Positions 1-13,658 of a stretch of 64,000 nucleotides of DNA are shown in pieces. The DNA lies in assembly GCA_965223545.1 (NCBI GenBank), contig OZ245006.1:7296001-7360000 (forward strand), read 5' to 3'. Numbering within the stretch: the stretch's first letter is position 1; each line of letters begins with the position of its first letter. The position numbers were made by a program, and so were the translations under genes. The DNA comes from Planctomycetota bacterium (GTDB taxonomy: Bacteria > Planctomycetota > UBA1135 > UBA2386). The notes beneath the pieces were generated by a model that saw only the letters and a program-made list of their open reading frames with translations, was not told the origin of the DNA and did not search any database.

Positions 1-348
1 TGTGGTGCCACCCAGCGGCCTTGGTTGTCGACCGGTGACCCGGTGCTCGGCTCGGGGATGCAGGTCCGGTTGCGCGAAGCCGCGCCCGGCACCGTTGGCG
101 TCCTGCTGCTGGGTCTGGAAGGGCGCGGTGTGCCGTTCTTCGGCTGCCGGCTCTACATCAACCCCGCTACCCTGACGTCCCTGTTCACGCTGCTGCCGAC
201 CGGAGGCGCGTGGGCTGGCTCGCTGCCGATGCCAGCCAATGCGTCGTTGATCGGTGCGCGCGCCGGCGTGCAGATGGCGGTCGGTCCGACCGCGAGGCCG
301 CTCAACGTCGACCTCACCAACGGTGTCATCCTGACGCTCGGATTCTGA
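1..348 (+). CDS. 3' end of a secreted protein (C-terminal domain of the type recurring in this window); partial at window edge
   Basis: Frame is open from base 1 (CGATQRPWLSTGDPVLG...) to TGA 348; ends QMAVG...DLTNGVILTLGF, resembling the C-termini of 2461-4785 and 57942-59189. Confidence 0.75.
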   Translation, partial: CGATQRPWLSTGDPVLGSGMQVRLREAAPGTVGVLLLGLEGRGVPFFGCRLYINPATLTSLFTLLPTGGAWAGSLPMPANASLIGARAGVQMAVGPTARPLNVDLTNGVILTLGF

Positions 349-438
349 CCGAGCCAGCGGCCGGGCGCGGAGACGTGATCTCTGCCGCCCGGCGTCTGGC
401 CCCGGCCGGCCCGCCGCTCTACTGTCGCGCGTCGCGCG

Positions 439-1539
439 ATGAGCAGTGAACCCATGGCTGTTGCCACCGTCGGCGGAGCGAGCGCCGAGCGCGTCTTGGT
501 GGTCGAACCACAGCACCACTCTCGAGGTGGCAAGCACACGCTGGCGCCGCAGCGCCTGTTGGCGGGCGGCAGCGCCGTCAACCAAGCCTGTCGACTGCTC
601 GCCACGGGCCATTCGGTGCAGCCGATCGTGCCGCTGTGCCGCGACGCCTTCGGCGCGGTCGTCGAGGCTGCCATGGTCGACGCGGCCGGTCGCGGTGGTG
701 GACGCTTGCACGACGAGGCCCTGTTTCTGTCCGACGGGGACGCGACGCCGTTCACGACGATCGTCTCGGTCGGCGCCGAGCGCACCATCTACACCGAGTT
801 CTCCGAGGACTTGTTCGCGCCGTTCGACCGCCACATCGAGTCTTGTCTGCGTGGCCGGTCGGGACGGGATACCGGTGCCCTACTGGTCGGACACCTGCAC
901 TGTGATCGGTCGCGGCCGCCGGGGCGCGCCGGCGAGGTGTCGCGGCGTTCGGTGCGCGAGGCGCGTGCAGCGGGGATCCCGGTGTTCGTCAACCCGGGCT
1001 CGTCGCAGTATCGCCAGGGCGCGGCGACCCTGCTCGATGTGCTGGACGACGTGACCTGCTTTCAACTCGACCTCGAGGAGATGCGCGCGTTCGTCGGTGG
1101 GGCGGGTCCGCGGCCGCGGTTGGTCGACATTCTCGATTGGTTTCGCGGCAAGTGCACCGTAGTGGTGACCTTGGAGAGGATGGGAGCGGTGGGCCAGCGC
1201 GTCGGGTCGTCGCGAGTCGTGTTGACCTGGCCGTACGAGATCCAGACGGTGGACACCACCGGCGCTGGGGATGCGTTCGCCGCGGGACTGGTCGCCGGCA
1301 TGCTGGAACGGCCGTGGGACGACGACGATGCGTTTGCCGCGGCGATGGCGCGCGGCGGCCTGTATGCGGCGCACGCCTGCACCACCCCTGGCGGCGCCGA
1401 CCAGTGCCCGACCGAGGGAGAGCTGGAGGCGTTCCGCGCCGCCCGTGGCCGCGTGCTCGACACCGAGGTCACCGAGGTGGCGCAGGCGGGCAGGCTGCTG
1501 CAGCTGCTCGACCGCGCGTTCCCGCCGCGTGGTGCTTGA
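439..1539 (+). CDS. PfkB/ribokinase-family carbohydrate kinase
   Basis: GGSAVNQA N-terminal signature and VDTTGAGDAFAAG PfkB C-terminal signature. Confidence 0.9.
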   Translation: MSSEPMAVATVGGASAERVLVVEPQHHSRGGKHTLAPQRLLAGGSAVNQACRLLATGHSVQPIVPLCRDAFGAVVEAAMVDAAGRGGGRLHDEALFLSDGDATPFTTIVSVGAERTIYTEFSEDLFAPFDRHIESCLRGRSGRDTGALLVGHLHCDRSRPPGRAGEVSRRSVREARAAGIPVFVNPGSSQYRQGAATLLDVLDDVTCFQLDLEEMRAFVGGAGPRPRLVDILDWFRGKCTVVVTLERMGAVGQRVGSSRVVLTWPYEIQTVDTTGAGDAFAAGLVAGMLERPWDDDDAFAAAMARGGLYAAHACTTPGGADQCPTEGELEAFRAARGRVLDTEVTEVAQAGRLLQLLDRAFPPRGA

Positions 1540-1564
1540 GCGCGCTCGGATTGGCTGACTCGCC

Positions 1565-2410
1565 ATGCGCATCTACGCCCACTCGGACGTCCACGTCGAC
1601 TACGCCGCCAACCGGGAGTGCTTGGCCGCGTTGTCGGTTGCGCGCTATGGCGACGCTGGTTTGATCCTCGCCGGCGATGTATCGCACGATCTCGACCGAG
1701 TCGCCGAAGCCTTCGCGCTGCTGCGAGCCCGGTTCGGCTCGGTTGCCTACGTGCCCGGCAACCACGAGCTGTGGGTGCGGGACGGCGACGCCGCCGACTC
1801 GATGGCCAAGCTCGAGCAGTTGCTCGAGCTGGCACGCGCGCACGATGTGGCCACCGAGCCGGTGCGCTGGGGCTCGGCCTGGGTGGTGCCGCTGCACTCC
1901 TGGTATACAAAGCCGGAGCAGGGCGAAGACTCGCTCTATCTGACCAAGCCCGGCGAGGACGCCAGTCTGCGCATGTGGAGCGACGAGGTCTTCCTGCGTT
2001 GGCCAGCCGCAATGCGAGAGTCGCCTGCGCAGCACATGCTCGCGCGGAATCGCGCAGCCCTGCGCCGCGATTACGACGCGCCGGTGATCACCTTCAGTCA
2101 CTTTCTCCCCCGCGCCGACCTGATCCGGCGCACGCAGAGTGAGATCGCGACCGAGGCGGTTCAGGTCGCCGATCGCCTGCCGGCCTTCAACTTCAGCCGG
2201 GTGGCCGGCACGGCGGCGTTGGACGTGCAGATCCGCCAGCTCGGCGCGCGCATCCACGTCTACGGTCACCAGCATCGCAACCGGGACCGGGTGGTGGACG
2301 GCGTGCGCTACGTCTCCCACTGCCTCGGCTACCCAAGCGAACGCCGCCACGGCGCGCCGGGCCCGGGCGCCGAGCAGCCACTGCTGATCTGGCCGCCGAC
2401 ACGGGTGTAG
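1565..2410 (+). CDS. Calcineurin-like metallophosphoesterase
   Basis: Motifs SDVH, AGD, GNHE, SH, GHQH. Confidence 0.9.
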   Translation: MRIYAHSDVHVDYAANRECLAALSVARYGDAGLILAGDVSHDLDRVAEAFALLRARFGSVAYVPGNHELWVRDGDAADSMAKLEQLLELARAHDVATEPVRWGSAWVVPLHSWYTKPEQGEDSLYLTKPGEDASLRMWSDEVFLRWPAAMRESPAQHMLARNRAALRRDYDAPVITFSHFLPRADLIRRTQSEIATEAVQVADRLPAFNFSRVAGTAALDVQIRQLGARIHVYGHQHRNRDRVVDGVRYVSHCLGYPSERRHGAPGPGAEQPLLIWPPTRV

Positions 2411-2460
2411 GGGGCAGGGGGGCGCTGGCAGCCCGCAAGACGGATCGGTGTCGGCGTTGG

Positions 2461-4785
2461 CTACCGAACACTCACGTCGAGTCCCCGCGACATCGAAACG
2501 GTCGTGCCGACCGTGAGCAGCTGGGCGTACAGATGGGCGCTGCCCGGCAGCGGCAGCAGCGGCAAGGGCGCGCTCAGGGTGAACGACGTCTGTCCACCGG
2601 CGAGCTGGCGCACCAACGCGACATCCGGGCTGCATTCGAGTGTGCACGGCGCGCCCAACAACGGCCCCAGGTTGAGCGGGAAGGTTCCTGCGGCGTCCGC
2701 CTGTAGGCCCAAGACCAGCAAGGTGGCGGCGCCCGGCTCGATGGAGTCGGCGTGCAGCGCCAGCGTGCCACCGTTCACCGGGGGTTGAGTGGTGCGCAGC
2801 GTCGGAACGCCGGTTGGCCCCGGACAGCCTTGGCCGAAGGGGTTCCCGGTAGCGCTTTCGCGTTGCATGACGGCCACGATCTCGGCGGCGTCGAGGGGGT
2901 GGGCGTGGATGAGCAGGTTGTCGACGGTGAACAGGTTGCTGAAGCTGGGTTGCCTGCCCGGTGGTGCCCAGCGGCCGATCGAGAAGCCGTCGGCGAGCGT
3001 GTAGGAGTGCGTGCCCGGCGGGAACGATCGCTCTCCATCGAGCGTTCCGTCGACGTAGAACCGCATGACGCCTCTCGCATCGTCCACGACCAGTGCGATG
3101 TGGTGCCAGCCCAACGCCCTGCCGGCGTTGGAGGTGGTGCCGAGCCACGGTGTTGCGCTCGAGAGGTAGCCGATGCGGCGGCCGAACGGCCAGCTCGTTC
3201 CGAGTTGTGGCAGCAGCCGGAAGGAGCTGTCGTCCCATTCGATCTGGCCGCCCTGGAATCTCTGCCACCAGGAGATCGTCATCGACCTCAAGGTCAGTGG
3301 GTTCGGTACCGGGTAGGTGATCGTGTTGAAGGAGAAGCCACCGCTGGCCTCCGGCGGCCGGAACCCGGCGCTGGGGGCGGCGCCTCCCGGGTGGAACGGC
3401 AGCGAAGTGTCCACCTGAGATGCGAGTGCCTGGAACCGAGCGGTGTTGTAGACCTCCTGCGCGCCGACGTAGGGTGGGATGCCGCCCGGCTTCGGTCGCG
3501 CGACCTCGTTGAACTTCAGCTCGAGAATGTCGGCGGAGTTGCGGTTCCCGGTCGTCGGCAGGGGCGAGACCTCGACCGCACCGCGCACGGTCAGCCGGTC
3601 GGTTGGTGGCGTGGCGCCGGCTCCGCTGACCGTGAGCGTGACGTCGTAGCGGCCGGCCGTCCCGTAGGTCCATTGCGGATTCTGCACTGTCGAGTCGACG
3701 TTGCCGTCGCCGTCGAGGTCCCACGCCCAAGCCGTGGCCGGGCCGAAGCGGCTGCGGTCGAAGAACGACACCGTGTCGCCGCGGGCGGCGAAGCTGCCGT
3801 GGGCGGCGAAATCGGCCTCGATCTGATCGACGACGATGAAGTCGGCGCGGCGCAACGTGCGCGTGTTTTGCGCGTCGCTCACCGTCAAGCGGACGGTGTG
3901 GCGCCCGGTCCCGAAAGTCCACGTTGGCGCTGGTCCGGTGGCATCGGGTGTGCCGTCGTCGTCGAAGTCCCAGGCGAAGGCGGTGATGCCGCCCGGCGCC
4001 GTGCTCGACGAAACGTCGTTGAAGCGGACCTGGAGCGGGCCGGCCCCTGTGGTGACGTCCGCCGCGAAGTCGGGGACGAGGTCGACGAACGGCATGTAGT
4101 CGAAGTCGAGCACCAGGCCACACACTGGGTCGATGGTCGAGGCTTGGGCTGCCAGCGCGTTCGAAGGGTGTTCGATGCAGGTGGCAAACGCTTGTGTTGT
4201 CGGTTCGCCCGAAGTGACGGCGGCCGCTCCGATCACTTGCGCGCCGCCGCCGACCGACAGGACCTGGATGTCGACGGCAAGTGGTTGGCCCGAACGTGGG
4301 TCGTAGACGAACGCGGGCGAGAGCGGTAGGTCGACGATTGTGCTCGCGATCCCGACGTAGGGTTGCAGGAAGCCCGACGCAACGTTCACGCTGCCGCTGT
4401 GCACCAGAACGCGATCAGCGCCGTGGTTGGCCGCAAACTGCGCGCTCGGATTCTGGAAGCTGGACGGGCTGGTCGAGAGCGACACGTCGACCGACCCCAA
4501 GGAGCCGCCGCCCCACTGGCCGTTGTAGGACTCGTCGTGGCGCCAGCGCAGCCGCGTGATGCGAATCGGACCCTCGATCCCAAGCCGGCCGAAATGCCCC
4601 GCATCGTAGAGCGAGAGGGACCGGCAGGGTTGCTGGGTGTTGAACGGAAGCGCGCGGCCGGCAACAGGGTTGCCGCCGGCGCCAGCGGGGATGACGGCGC
4701 GCTGCGCGGGAAGCGTGCCTGCTCCGGTCAACAACGCGAGGCAGATGGAGACCACCGGGGTGTGGTGCCGTTGGGCACGAACCAT
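2461..4785 (-). CDS. Secreted protein with two PKD domains, a LamG-like domain and the recurring C-terminal domain
   Basis: AGGAG-like RBS before ATG 4785; signal peptide; PKD motifs AWDFDDDG and AWDLDGDG; LamG-like WHHIALV...FYVDG. Confidence 0.85.
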   Translation of the reverse strand: MVRAQRHHTPVVSICLALLTGAGTLPAQRAVIPAGAGGNPVAGRALPFNTQQPCRSLSLYDAGHFGRLGIEGPIRITRLRWRHDESYNGQWGGGSLGSVDVSLSTSPSSFQNPSAQFAANHGADRVLVHSGSVNVASGFLQPYVGIASTIVDLPLSPAFVYDPRSGQPLAVDIQVLSVGGGAQVIGAAAVTSGEPTTQAFATCIEHPSNALAAQASTIDPVCGLVLDFDYMPFVDLVPDFAADVTTGAGPLQVRFNDVSSSTAPGGITAFAWDFDDDGTPDATGPAPTWTFGTGRHTVRLTVSDAQNTRTLRRADFIVVDQIEADFAAHGSFAARGDTVSFFDRSRFGPATAWAWDLDGDGNVDSTVQNPQWTYGTAGRYDVTLTVSGAGATPPTDRLTVRGAVEVSPLPTTGNRNSADILELKFNEVARPKPGGIPPYVGAQEVYNTARFQALASQVDTSLPFHPGGAAPSAGFRPPEASGGFSFNTITYPVPNPLTLRSMTISWWQRFQGGQIEWDDSSFRLLPQLGTSWPFGRRIGYLSSATPWLGTTSNAGRALGWHHIALVVDDARGVMRFYVDGTLDGERSFPPGTHSYTLADGFSIGRWAPPGRQPSFSNLFTVDNLLIHAHPLDAAEIVAVMQRESATGNPFGQGCPGPTGVPTLRTTQPPVNGGTLALHADSIEPGAATLLVLGLQADAAGTFPLNLGPLLGAPCTLECSPDVALVRQLAGGQTSFTLSAPLPLLPLPGSAHLYAQLLTVGTTVSMSRGLDVSVR

Positions 4786-4933
4786 GTTCTCTCCTTGGAG
4801 TCGCACGAGGTGGGGTCTCGGGAACCCTCGCTACATGCTACCACGGCGTCGGTGCTCCCATGACAGCGCGCGCGAGGAGCAACGTCTCGGGCCCGCGGCA
4901 GGTGATGAATCGGAGCCTGGCTCCGTACGTTCG

Positions 4934-8017
<3,084 letters not shown>

Positions 8018-8208
8018 GGCGGAAGTCGTGGCCTTGGCCGGGCCGATTCTAGGCGTAGCCCGCGCCACCGCACCACGCGGCCTCGGTGAACCAAGGGAGC
8101 GCCCGCCGGAAACACAAGATCGCGACAAACAGCCCGCGGCCGCGCGCCGCACTTCGCGGCGGGCGGGGTCGGAAGTCGTTGAGCGGGCGGGTTTTCGGAC
8201 GCGCGGCG

Positions 8209-8691
8209 TCAGGCGCTGGCGGCGGCGTCGCCGCGACTGCGCGGCGCGTGCTCGGCAGCGGCCTTGAGGTCGGCCAAGTCGCGCTGCACCTCATGCCGCA
8301 GCATCTTGATCATGGGACGGCTCAGCACCGACATGATCCTCGCCAGCAGCGACAGCGGCGTGGCTTCAAACGTCATCACCACGCGCGTGCCGCCGGCCTC
8401 CCCGGTGAACCGCAGCTCGCTCAAATAGCGGCAGCCGCAGCTATCGGCAGCGAGGGCGTAGCGGTGCGGTGGCTCGAACGCGACCACCTCCATCTCCTCC
8501 CGCGCCTCGCGCTTGAACATGCGCCGCGTCTCGACGAACCGTGTGCCGACTCCGACCGGTCCCTCGGTCAACATCTCGACCTTGATGATGCTGCCGATGC
8601 GCTCGGAGGCGTTGGCGAAGTCGGCGGCCAGGGCGAAGACCCGTTCGACCGGGGCCTGTACATGTTCGGTGATCTCGATCTTGGTCGGCAT
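8209..8691 (-). CDS. SRPBCC/polyketide cyclase-family protein
   Basis: APVERVFALAAD start and GPVGVGTRFVETR motif; 160 aa. Confidence 0.85.
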   Translation of the reverse strand: MPTKIEITEHVQAPVERVFALAADFANASERIGSIIKVEMLTEGPVGVGTRFVETRRMFKREAREEMEVVAFEPPHRYALAADSCGCRYLSELRFTGEAGGTRVVMTFEATPLSLLARIMSVLSRPMIKMLRHEVQRDLADLKAAAEHAPRSRGDAAASA

Positions 8692-8757
8692 CTGCGCTGT
8701 GTTCGGTGCTTCGGGGCGTGAGCCTATCGTCTCACCCGCCGAAAGACAGGCCGTCCG

Positions 8758-10029
8758 TCAGCGCGCGTTCTCGACCGCCAACCCGATCCACCACGCTGCC
8801 CCCGACCGCGCCGGCGCGTCGCCACCGAAGTAGAACAGCCAGTGTCGGTAGCTGGCGCCGCCGTCGGGCACGATCTCGACCGCGGGCGCGGTGATGCGAC
8901 CGCGGTCCCAGCCGTCTTCGCCGGCGACCAGGATCGGGTTTTCAGGGTGGGGATGCCACTCGATGCCGTCACGGCTGAATGCGTGGTGGAACGCGTGGCG
9001 CGGGCCGCGGCGCTCCTGCCAGTACATGTGCCAGCCTCCGCGCGGGTCGCGCACCACGTCGGGCTGGCCGGCGCCGCGGCCGTCGCTGCCGCGTTGCAGA
9101 GGCCGTGGCCAACGCACCCAGGTCTCGCCGTCGTCGAGCGAGCCGGCGACGCCGACCGACGGCCACTGTCCGCGCCCGTAGGTGACCGCTCCGTACCACG
9201 ACACCAGCCACTCGCCGCAGCGGTGCAGCGACGGCTCTTGCAGGCCGCCTTGCAGGTTGTCGTCGCGGTCGCGATACGGGCGTTCGAACGGCAGCTCGGG
9301 CCACATCACGGCGCCGTGCTTGGTCCACGGGCCGCGGGGAGTCGGCGCAGTTTGCAGCGACAGGTGGTCGCGGCGGTGCTTGCCGCGGTAGCGGTAACGC
9401 AGGGTCAGCATGATCCACTGGCCGGTGCGCTCGTCGAACAGCACGTTGGGGGTCTCGTACTGCCAGCGTTCGTCGTCGTCCGGCAGCACTGCCGGCGTCG
9501 GCGTCGTGCAGCGCAGGCCGCTCGCGTCGGTGTGGGTGTAGAAGATCGCGGTCGGCCAGCGATTCCAACGCCGCACGGGGTGGTTGAACCAGACGTGGAA
9601 GCCGCCGTCGGGGTCCTGCACCGGGCAGGGGTCGGTGCAGTAGCCGCGCTGGTGCAAGTTGGCGTCGAGCGTGCGCGCCGGCGGTCCGCGCACCGCGTCG
9701 CGCACCAAGCGCCCGCGCTTCTCGAACGGACCGGGGAACGCCCATGGCGGCAGCGAGTCGCCGTCGATCGGCGCTGCGGCGGCGATCGCCGCGCGCAGAG
9801 CGAGCGCGGCGGGTGGCGCGACTTCGGGGGGTGCCGCCTCGATGGCCTCCGCCTCGTCAGGCTCGGGCGCAGCGACCTCGGGCTCGACAAGCTCGGGCGC
9901 GGCAACCTCGGGCTTGGGCGCCACCGATGGCTCGCCCGCGGGCGCAAGCGACGGCGATGGCTGCGTCGGCTGGTGCGCACACGCGGCGACCAGCAGCAAC
10001 CCGATGACCGCGCGGCGGTGCGGCCGCAC
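8758..10029 (-). CDS. Putative lipoprotein with a five-bladed beta-propeller (GH32/GH43-like) domain
   Basis: Lipobox-like LLVAAC, Pro/Glu linker, propeller repeats (DPCP, ETPNV, EPSL, QPDV, HPENPIL); start uncertain (10029 or 10056). Confidence 0.65.
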   Translation of the reverse strand: MRPHRRAVIGLLLVAACAHQPTQPSPSLAPAGEPSVAPKPEVAAPELVEPEVAAPEPDEAEAIEAAPPEVAPPAALALRAAIAAAAPIDGDSLPPWAFPGPFEKRGRLVRDAVRGPPARTLDANLHQRGYCTDPCPVQDPDGGFHVWFNHPVRRWNRWPTAIFYTHTDASGLRCTTPTPAVLPDDDERWQYETPNVLFDERTGQWIMLTLRYRYRGKHRRDHLSLQTAPTPRGPWTKHGAVMWPELPFERPYRDRDDNLQGGLQEPSLHRCGEWLVSWYGAVTYGRGQWPSVGVAGSLDDGETWVRWPRPLQRGSDGRGAGQPDVVRDPRGGWHMYWQERRGPRHAFHHAFSRDGIEWHPHPENPILVAGEDGWDRGRITAPAVEIVPDGGASYRHWLFYFGGDAPARSGAAWWIGLAVENAR

Positions 10030-10048
10030 AGCGCCGCGGCAGCCGGCC

Positions 10049-10495
10049 TCAGTCACCGCGCTGGCGCAGGGACAGCGAGCGCGCCACGTCGAACAAGAAC
10101 GCGCACGCGATCTCGGGCTCCTCCAACCGCAACCGGTCGAAGTCGTGCAGCGCCAGGCGATGCACCACCGAGTCACTCACAGCGGCGATCGTCGCGGAGC
10201 GCGGCCGGCCGTCCAGAAAGGTCTGCTCGCCAAAGATCGCCACCGGCCGCACGACCGCGATCCTCTGCGGTGTGTCGTCGCCGGCCGCCGCGGTCACCTC
10301 GAGCTCCCCGTCGGTCAGCACGAAGGTGGTCCGCTCGGTGTCGTGCTGGCGGATCAGCACGTCGCCGGCACCGATCTCGAGTCGGTCGGCGTAGCTCAAG
10401 AACAGCGCCCAGTCCGCCTCGCCCTGACGCTCGACGGCCTCGGCCAGGTTGAGCAGGTCCTGCTCGTTGAGGAAGTGGGCGTTCTGCGGTTCCAT
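10049..10495 (-). CDS. Stand-alone cyclic nucleotide-binding domain protein
   Basis: FGEQ...PRSATI phosphate-binding cassette; no HTH. Confidence 0.9.
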   Translation of the reverse strand: MEPQNAHFLNEQDLLNLAEAVERQGEADWALFLSYADRLEIGAGDVLIRQHDTERTTFVLTDGELEVTAAAGDDTPQRIAVVRPVAIFGEQTFLDGRPRSATIAAVSDSVVHRLALHDFDRLRLEEPEIACAFLFDVARSLSLRQRGD

Positions 10496-10561
10496 CGGCG
10501 TTCGAGTCTACGCGACGCGGCGGCGGACCAGAAGAGCGGATCCGCGCGGGCGGGCCGCGCG

Positions 10562-12472
10562 TCAGCCGGTGGTCGCGGCGCGCCGCATCTCGGTCCAGGC
10601 GCGCTCGCACGTGGCCGGTGCGGGGGCCAGCACGCCGCCGAGCGTGGTGTCCGCCAGGCGAACCACCGAGCGGCGCAGCCTGCCGTCCTCCGGCTGTGGG
10701 CTCAGCGCGGTGGTCGCGGTGGGGGCGCCGAGGTCGGTGGCGCCGAGCTCGACCGCGTGCAGGCGCAGCGCGCCCTGCAGGTCCGGCGGGTGCAGCAGGA
10801 TGAACGCGCCGTCCGCCAGCCGGCGGATCAGGTAGCCGGTCGCATCGCCGGCCCGCACCGGCACGAACATCAGCACCTCGTCGTGCTCCATCGCCAGGGC
10901 GCGCAGGCTGTAGCACTGCACCGGCTCGCGGCGGTTCTTCACTTCGAGCGGCGGCATGCGGACGCCAAAGCCGCGCTCGTTGAGAGCCTGCCAGGTGGAC
11001 GCGCTGATCAGCACCTGGTCGGTACAGGCCACTGCGCCGATGCGCTGAGCGGTGTTGACCGAGTCGCCGAGCACCGTGTACTCGCGCCGGTTGCCGGCGC
11101 CGATGTTGCCGGCCACCATCTCGCCGGTGTTGAGGCCGATGCCCATGGGCAGCGGCCGGTCGACCTCGGAGTGGTAGGCCGCCAGCTGGATCTGCATGGT
11201 CAGCGCGGCCGCCGCGGCGCGCAGCGCGCTCTCGTCGTCGTCGGTGGGAATGCCCCACACCGCCATGATGGCGTCGCCCATGAACTTGTCGATCGAGCCC
11301 CCCTCGCGTTCGACCGTCGGCACCATGCGGTTGAAGTAGCCGTTCATGAAGTTGACCAGCTCCTCCGGTCCCATGCGCTCGGCGAGGGCAGTGAAGCCGA
11401 TCAGGTCGGAGAACAGGATCGTGCCGTGGTGGCGCCGGCCGCCGAGACCGCCGTCGATCTCGCCGGCGAGCACGCGGTCGGTCATCGCCTCGGGCAAGAA
11501 GCGCATCAGGTTGTTGCGCACCGCCGTCTGCGCGGCGACCTCCTCGAGCAGCTGGGCGTTGCGGATCGCGATCGCGACCTGCTGGCCGATCGCCGCCGCC
11601 ATCTCGAGGTCGTCCTGGTCGTAGGGCCGCGCGGCCGAGCGCGTGTCGAGCACCACCAAGCCGACGATCTCGTCGGCCACCAGCAGCGGCACGGCCAGCG
11701 CCGAGCGGATGTTGAGGTCGGCGACGGAGTGGCCGGCGTCGATCGGCTCGTCGCCGCCCTCGCGGTAGATCAGCGCGGCGCGCTTGTCCAGCGCTGCGCG
11801 GCAGATGCTGCGCGACACGGCGAGCGCGGCGCGATCGCCGCGGTCGCGGGAGCGCATCGCCTGCGGCTGCAGCGTCTCGGCGTCGCTGCCCAGCAGCAAG
11901 AAGCCGCGGTGGGTCTGCGGAAACAAGCCCAACAGCACCTCGAGCACCGGGTCGGAGAGCTCGTCGACGGTGCGCTCGCGCGCCAGCACCTCGGCGACGC
12001 GCATCAGGCTCTGCACGCGGCGCTGCAGCACTTCGGGGCTCTTGCTGGTCGACTGCTCGCGCAGCTGGGTCACCGACACGGTGTGCGAGGTCTGTGGCTC
12101 CCGGGCGTCGGCGAGGCCGAACACGGCGGTGCGGTCGCCGGCGCCGTTGCGCCGCTGGCGCAGCCGGAGGCGGGTGGTGCCGAGCCGCAAGATGTCGCCG
12201 TGGCGCATCTGTGCCTGCGTCACCGGGTGCTCGTTGAGGAAGGTGCCGTTCGAGGAATTGGCATCCGTGAGAGTCACGTTGACGCCGTCGAACGTCACCT
12301 GCGCGTGGGTGCGGCTGACCCGTGGATCCGGCACCTCGAGCGAGCACTCGGCGTCGCGGCCGGCGAGCAAGGTGCCGCGCACCGGCACCACCACCCCGGC
12401 GCGCGCGCCGCTGAGGAACACGAGCTCATAGGAGAGGCGCGCAGGGCGGAAATCGTCGCGGGGCGTCGACAT
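10562..12472 (-). CDS. FHA-GAF-class III adenylate cyclase
   Basis: FHA (GR...SRTHA...SSNGT), GAF (SALAVPL), cyclase (FSDLIGFT, DKFMGDAIM, YTVLGDSVNTAQR). Confidence 0.92.
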   Translation of the reverse strand: MSTPRDDFRPARLSYELVFLSGARAGVVVPVRGTLLAGRDAECSLEVPDPRVSRTHAQVTFDGVNVTLTDANSSNGTFLNEHPVTQAQMRHGDILRLGTTRLRLRQRRNGAGDRTAVFGLADAREPQTSHTVSVTQLREQSTSKSPEVLQRRVQSLMRVAEVLARERTVDELSDPVLEVLLGLFPQTHRGFLLLGSDAETLQPQAMRSRDRGDRAALAVSRSICRAALDKRAALIYREGGDEPIDAGHSVADLNIRSALAVPLLVADEIVGLVVLDTRSAARPYDQDDLEMAAAIGQQVAIAIRNAQLLEEVAAQTAVRNNLMRFLPEAMTDRVLAGEIDGGLGGRRHHGTILFSDLIGFTALAERMGPEELVNFMNGYFNRMVPTVEREGGSIDKFMGDAIMAVWGIPTDDDESALRAAAAALTMQIQLAAYHSEVDRPLPMGIGLNTGEMVAGNIGAGNRREYTVLGDSVNTAQRIGAVACTDQVLISASTWQALNERGFGVRMPPLEVKNRREPVQCYSLRALAMEHDEVLMFVPVRAGDATGYLIRRLADGAFILLHPPDLQGALRLHAVELGATDLGAPTATTALSPQPEDGRLRRSVVRLADTTLGGVLAPAPATCERAWTEMRRAATTG

Positions 12473-12692
12473 GAACGGGAGCGGCGCGTGCGGCCTGCGG
12501 GGCTTGGCTGGCCGGCGGCGGCTGAGAGAGACTTGTGCCTCACCCTATTCTGCGTTGCGCGAATGCCAAACCCACGGCCGGTGGCGGGGGACGAGAATCT
12601 TTGCCGCGCGGCGGTGGATTGTCGCTACGTTAGGCGCCGCGGGCGCGGGCTTGGCTCCGGCTCGCGCCACTTCGAAGACCGGTCGGCCGAGC

Positions 12693-13658
12693 ATGCGAAC
12701 GGTGCGTAAGCGCGATAGGATCGGCGCCGACGGCACGGCGCCCAAGCCGTTCCGCGCCCTGGTGTCGGTGCCGGTGTTGCCGTCGATGGTCACCCTCGGC
12801 AACCTGTTCTTCGGGTTTCTCGCGATGGCCAAGGCCGTCGACGCCGTCGTGCTGCAGGGCGCCGCGCCGGTGCTCACCCCCGCCACGCTGGCTCTCTTCG
12901 AGGCGGCCGCGCTGCTGGTGTTCCTGGCGATGGTGTTCGACGCGCTCGATGGCGCGGTGGCGCGGCTCACCAACCAGACCTCGGCGTTCGGCGCGCAGCT
13001 CGACAGCCTGGCGGACGTGGTCACATTCGGCGTGGCGCCGGCGTTCCTCGCCAAGATCCTGATCGACTTCCACGCTCGCGGTCCCGAGGCGCTGCTGCCG
13101 GAGAACGCGAAGATGTACTGGGCGGCGGCCGCGATCTACGTGCTGTGCGCGGCGATGCGCTTGGCGCGCTACAACGTCGAGGGCGACCAGGGCAGCGGCG
13201 ACGAGTTCGTCGGTCTGCCGACGCCGGCGGCGGCCGCGGTGGTGTGTGCTGGGTTGGCGTTCTTCGCCACCCGTGCGGACAACAAGCAGATGATCAGCCG
13301 GTGGGTGCTGCCGCCGGGCACGCTCGAGGCGATCTACGACTACCTCGTGCTCGCGCTGCCGGTGGCGTTGGTCCTGCTCGGGCTGCTGATGGTGAGCCGG
13401 TTTCCGTATCCGCACCTGGTGTCGAGCCTGGTGCGCGGCCGGCACAGCTTTCCGTTCTTGGCGACTCTGGTCGTGGCGGTGTTCGTCGCCGCCATCGAGT
13501 GGCAGTTCGCGCTGGTGTTGGTCTCGGTGAGCTACGTGGTGGTCGGCATCCTGATCGGGCTTTGGCGCCTGCTGCGCGGCGGGAGTCTGGGGCCGCCGGG
13601 GGGAGACCACTCCGGGGCCACGCTCGACGAAGACGCGCTGGACGTGCGGTACAACTGA
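12693..13658 (+). CDS. pssA: CDP-diacylglycerol--serine O-phosphatidyltransferase
   Basis: CDP-alcohol phosphotransferase motif DALDGAVAR...FGAQLDSLAD; LPSMVTLGN; RLARYN; FVGLPTP. Confidence 0.88.
   Translation: MRTVRKRDRIGADGTAPKPFRALVSVPVLPSMVTLGNLFFGFLAMAKAVDAVVLQGAAPVLTPATLALFEAAALLVFLAMVFDALDGAVARLTNQTSAFGAQLDSLADVVTFGVAPAFLAKILIDFHARGPEALLPENAKMYWAAAAIYVLCAAMRLARYNVEGDQGSGDEFVGLPTPAAAAVVCAGLAFFATRADNKQMISRWVLPPGTLEAIYDYLVLALPVALVLLGLLMVSRFPYPHLVSSLVRGRHSFPFLATLVVAVFVAAIEWQFALVLVSVSYVVVGILIGLWRLLRGGSLGPPGGDHSGATLDEDALDVRYN

Noticed and set aside
1469..4123. 884-aa minus-strand ORF and similar Arg/Pro/Gly-rich long ORFs throughout the window
   Set aside because: Alternate-frame artefacts of high GC, overlapping genes that have clear motifs
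9659..12709. 1016-aa plus-strand ORF
   Set aside because: Antisense shadow of the cyclase and cNMP genes; no motifs
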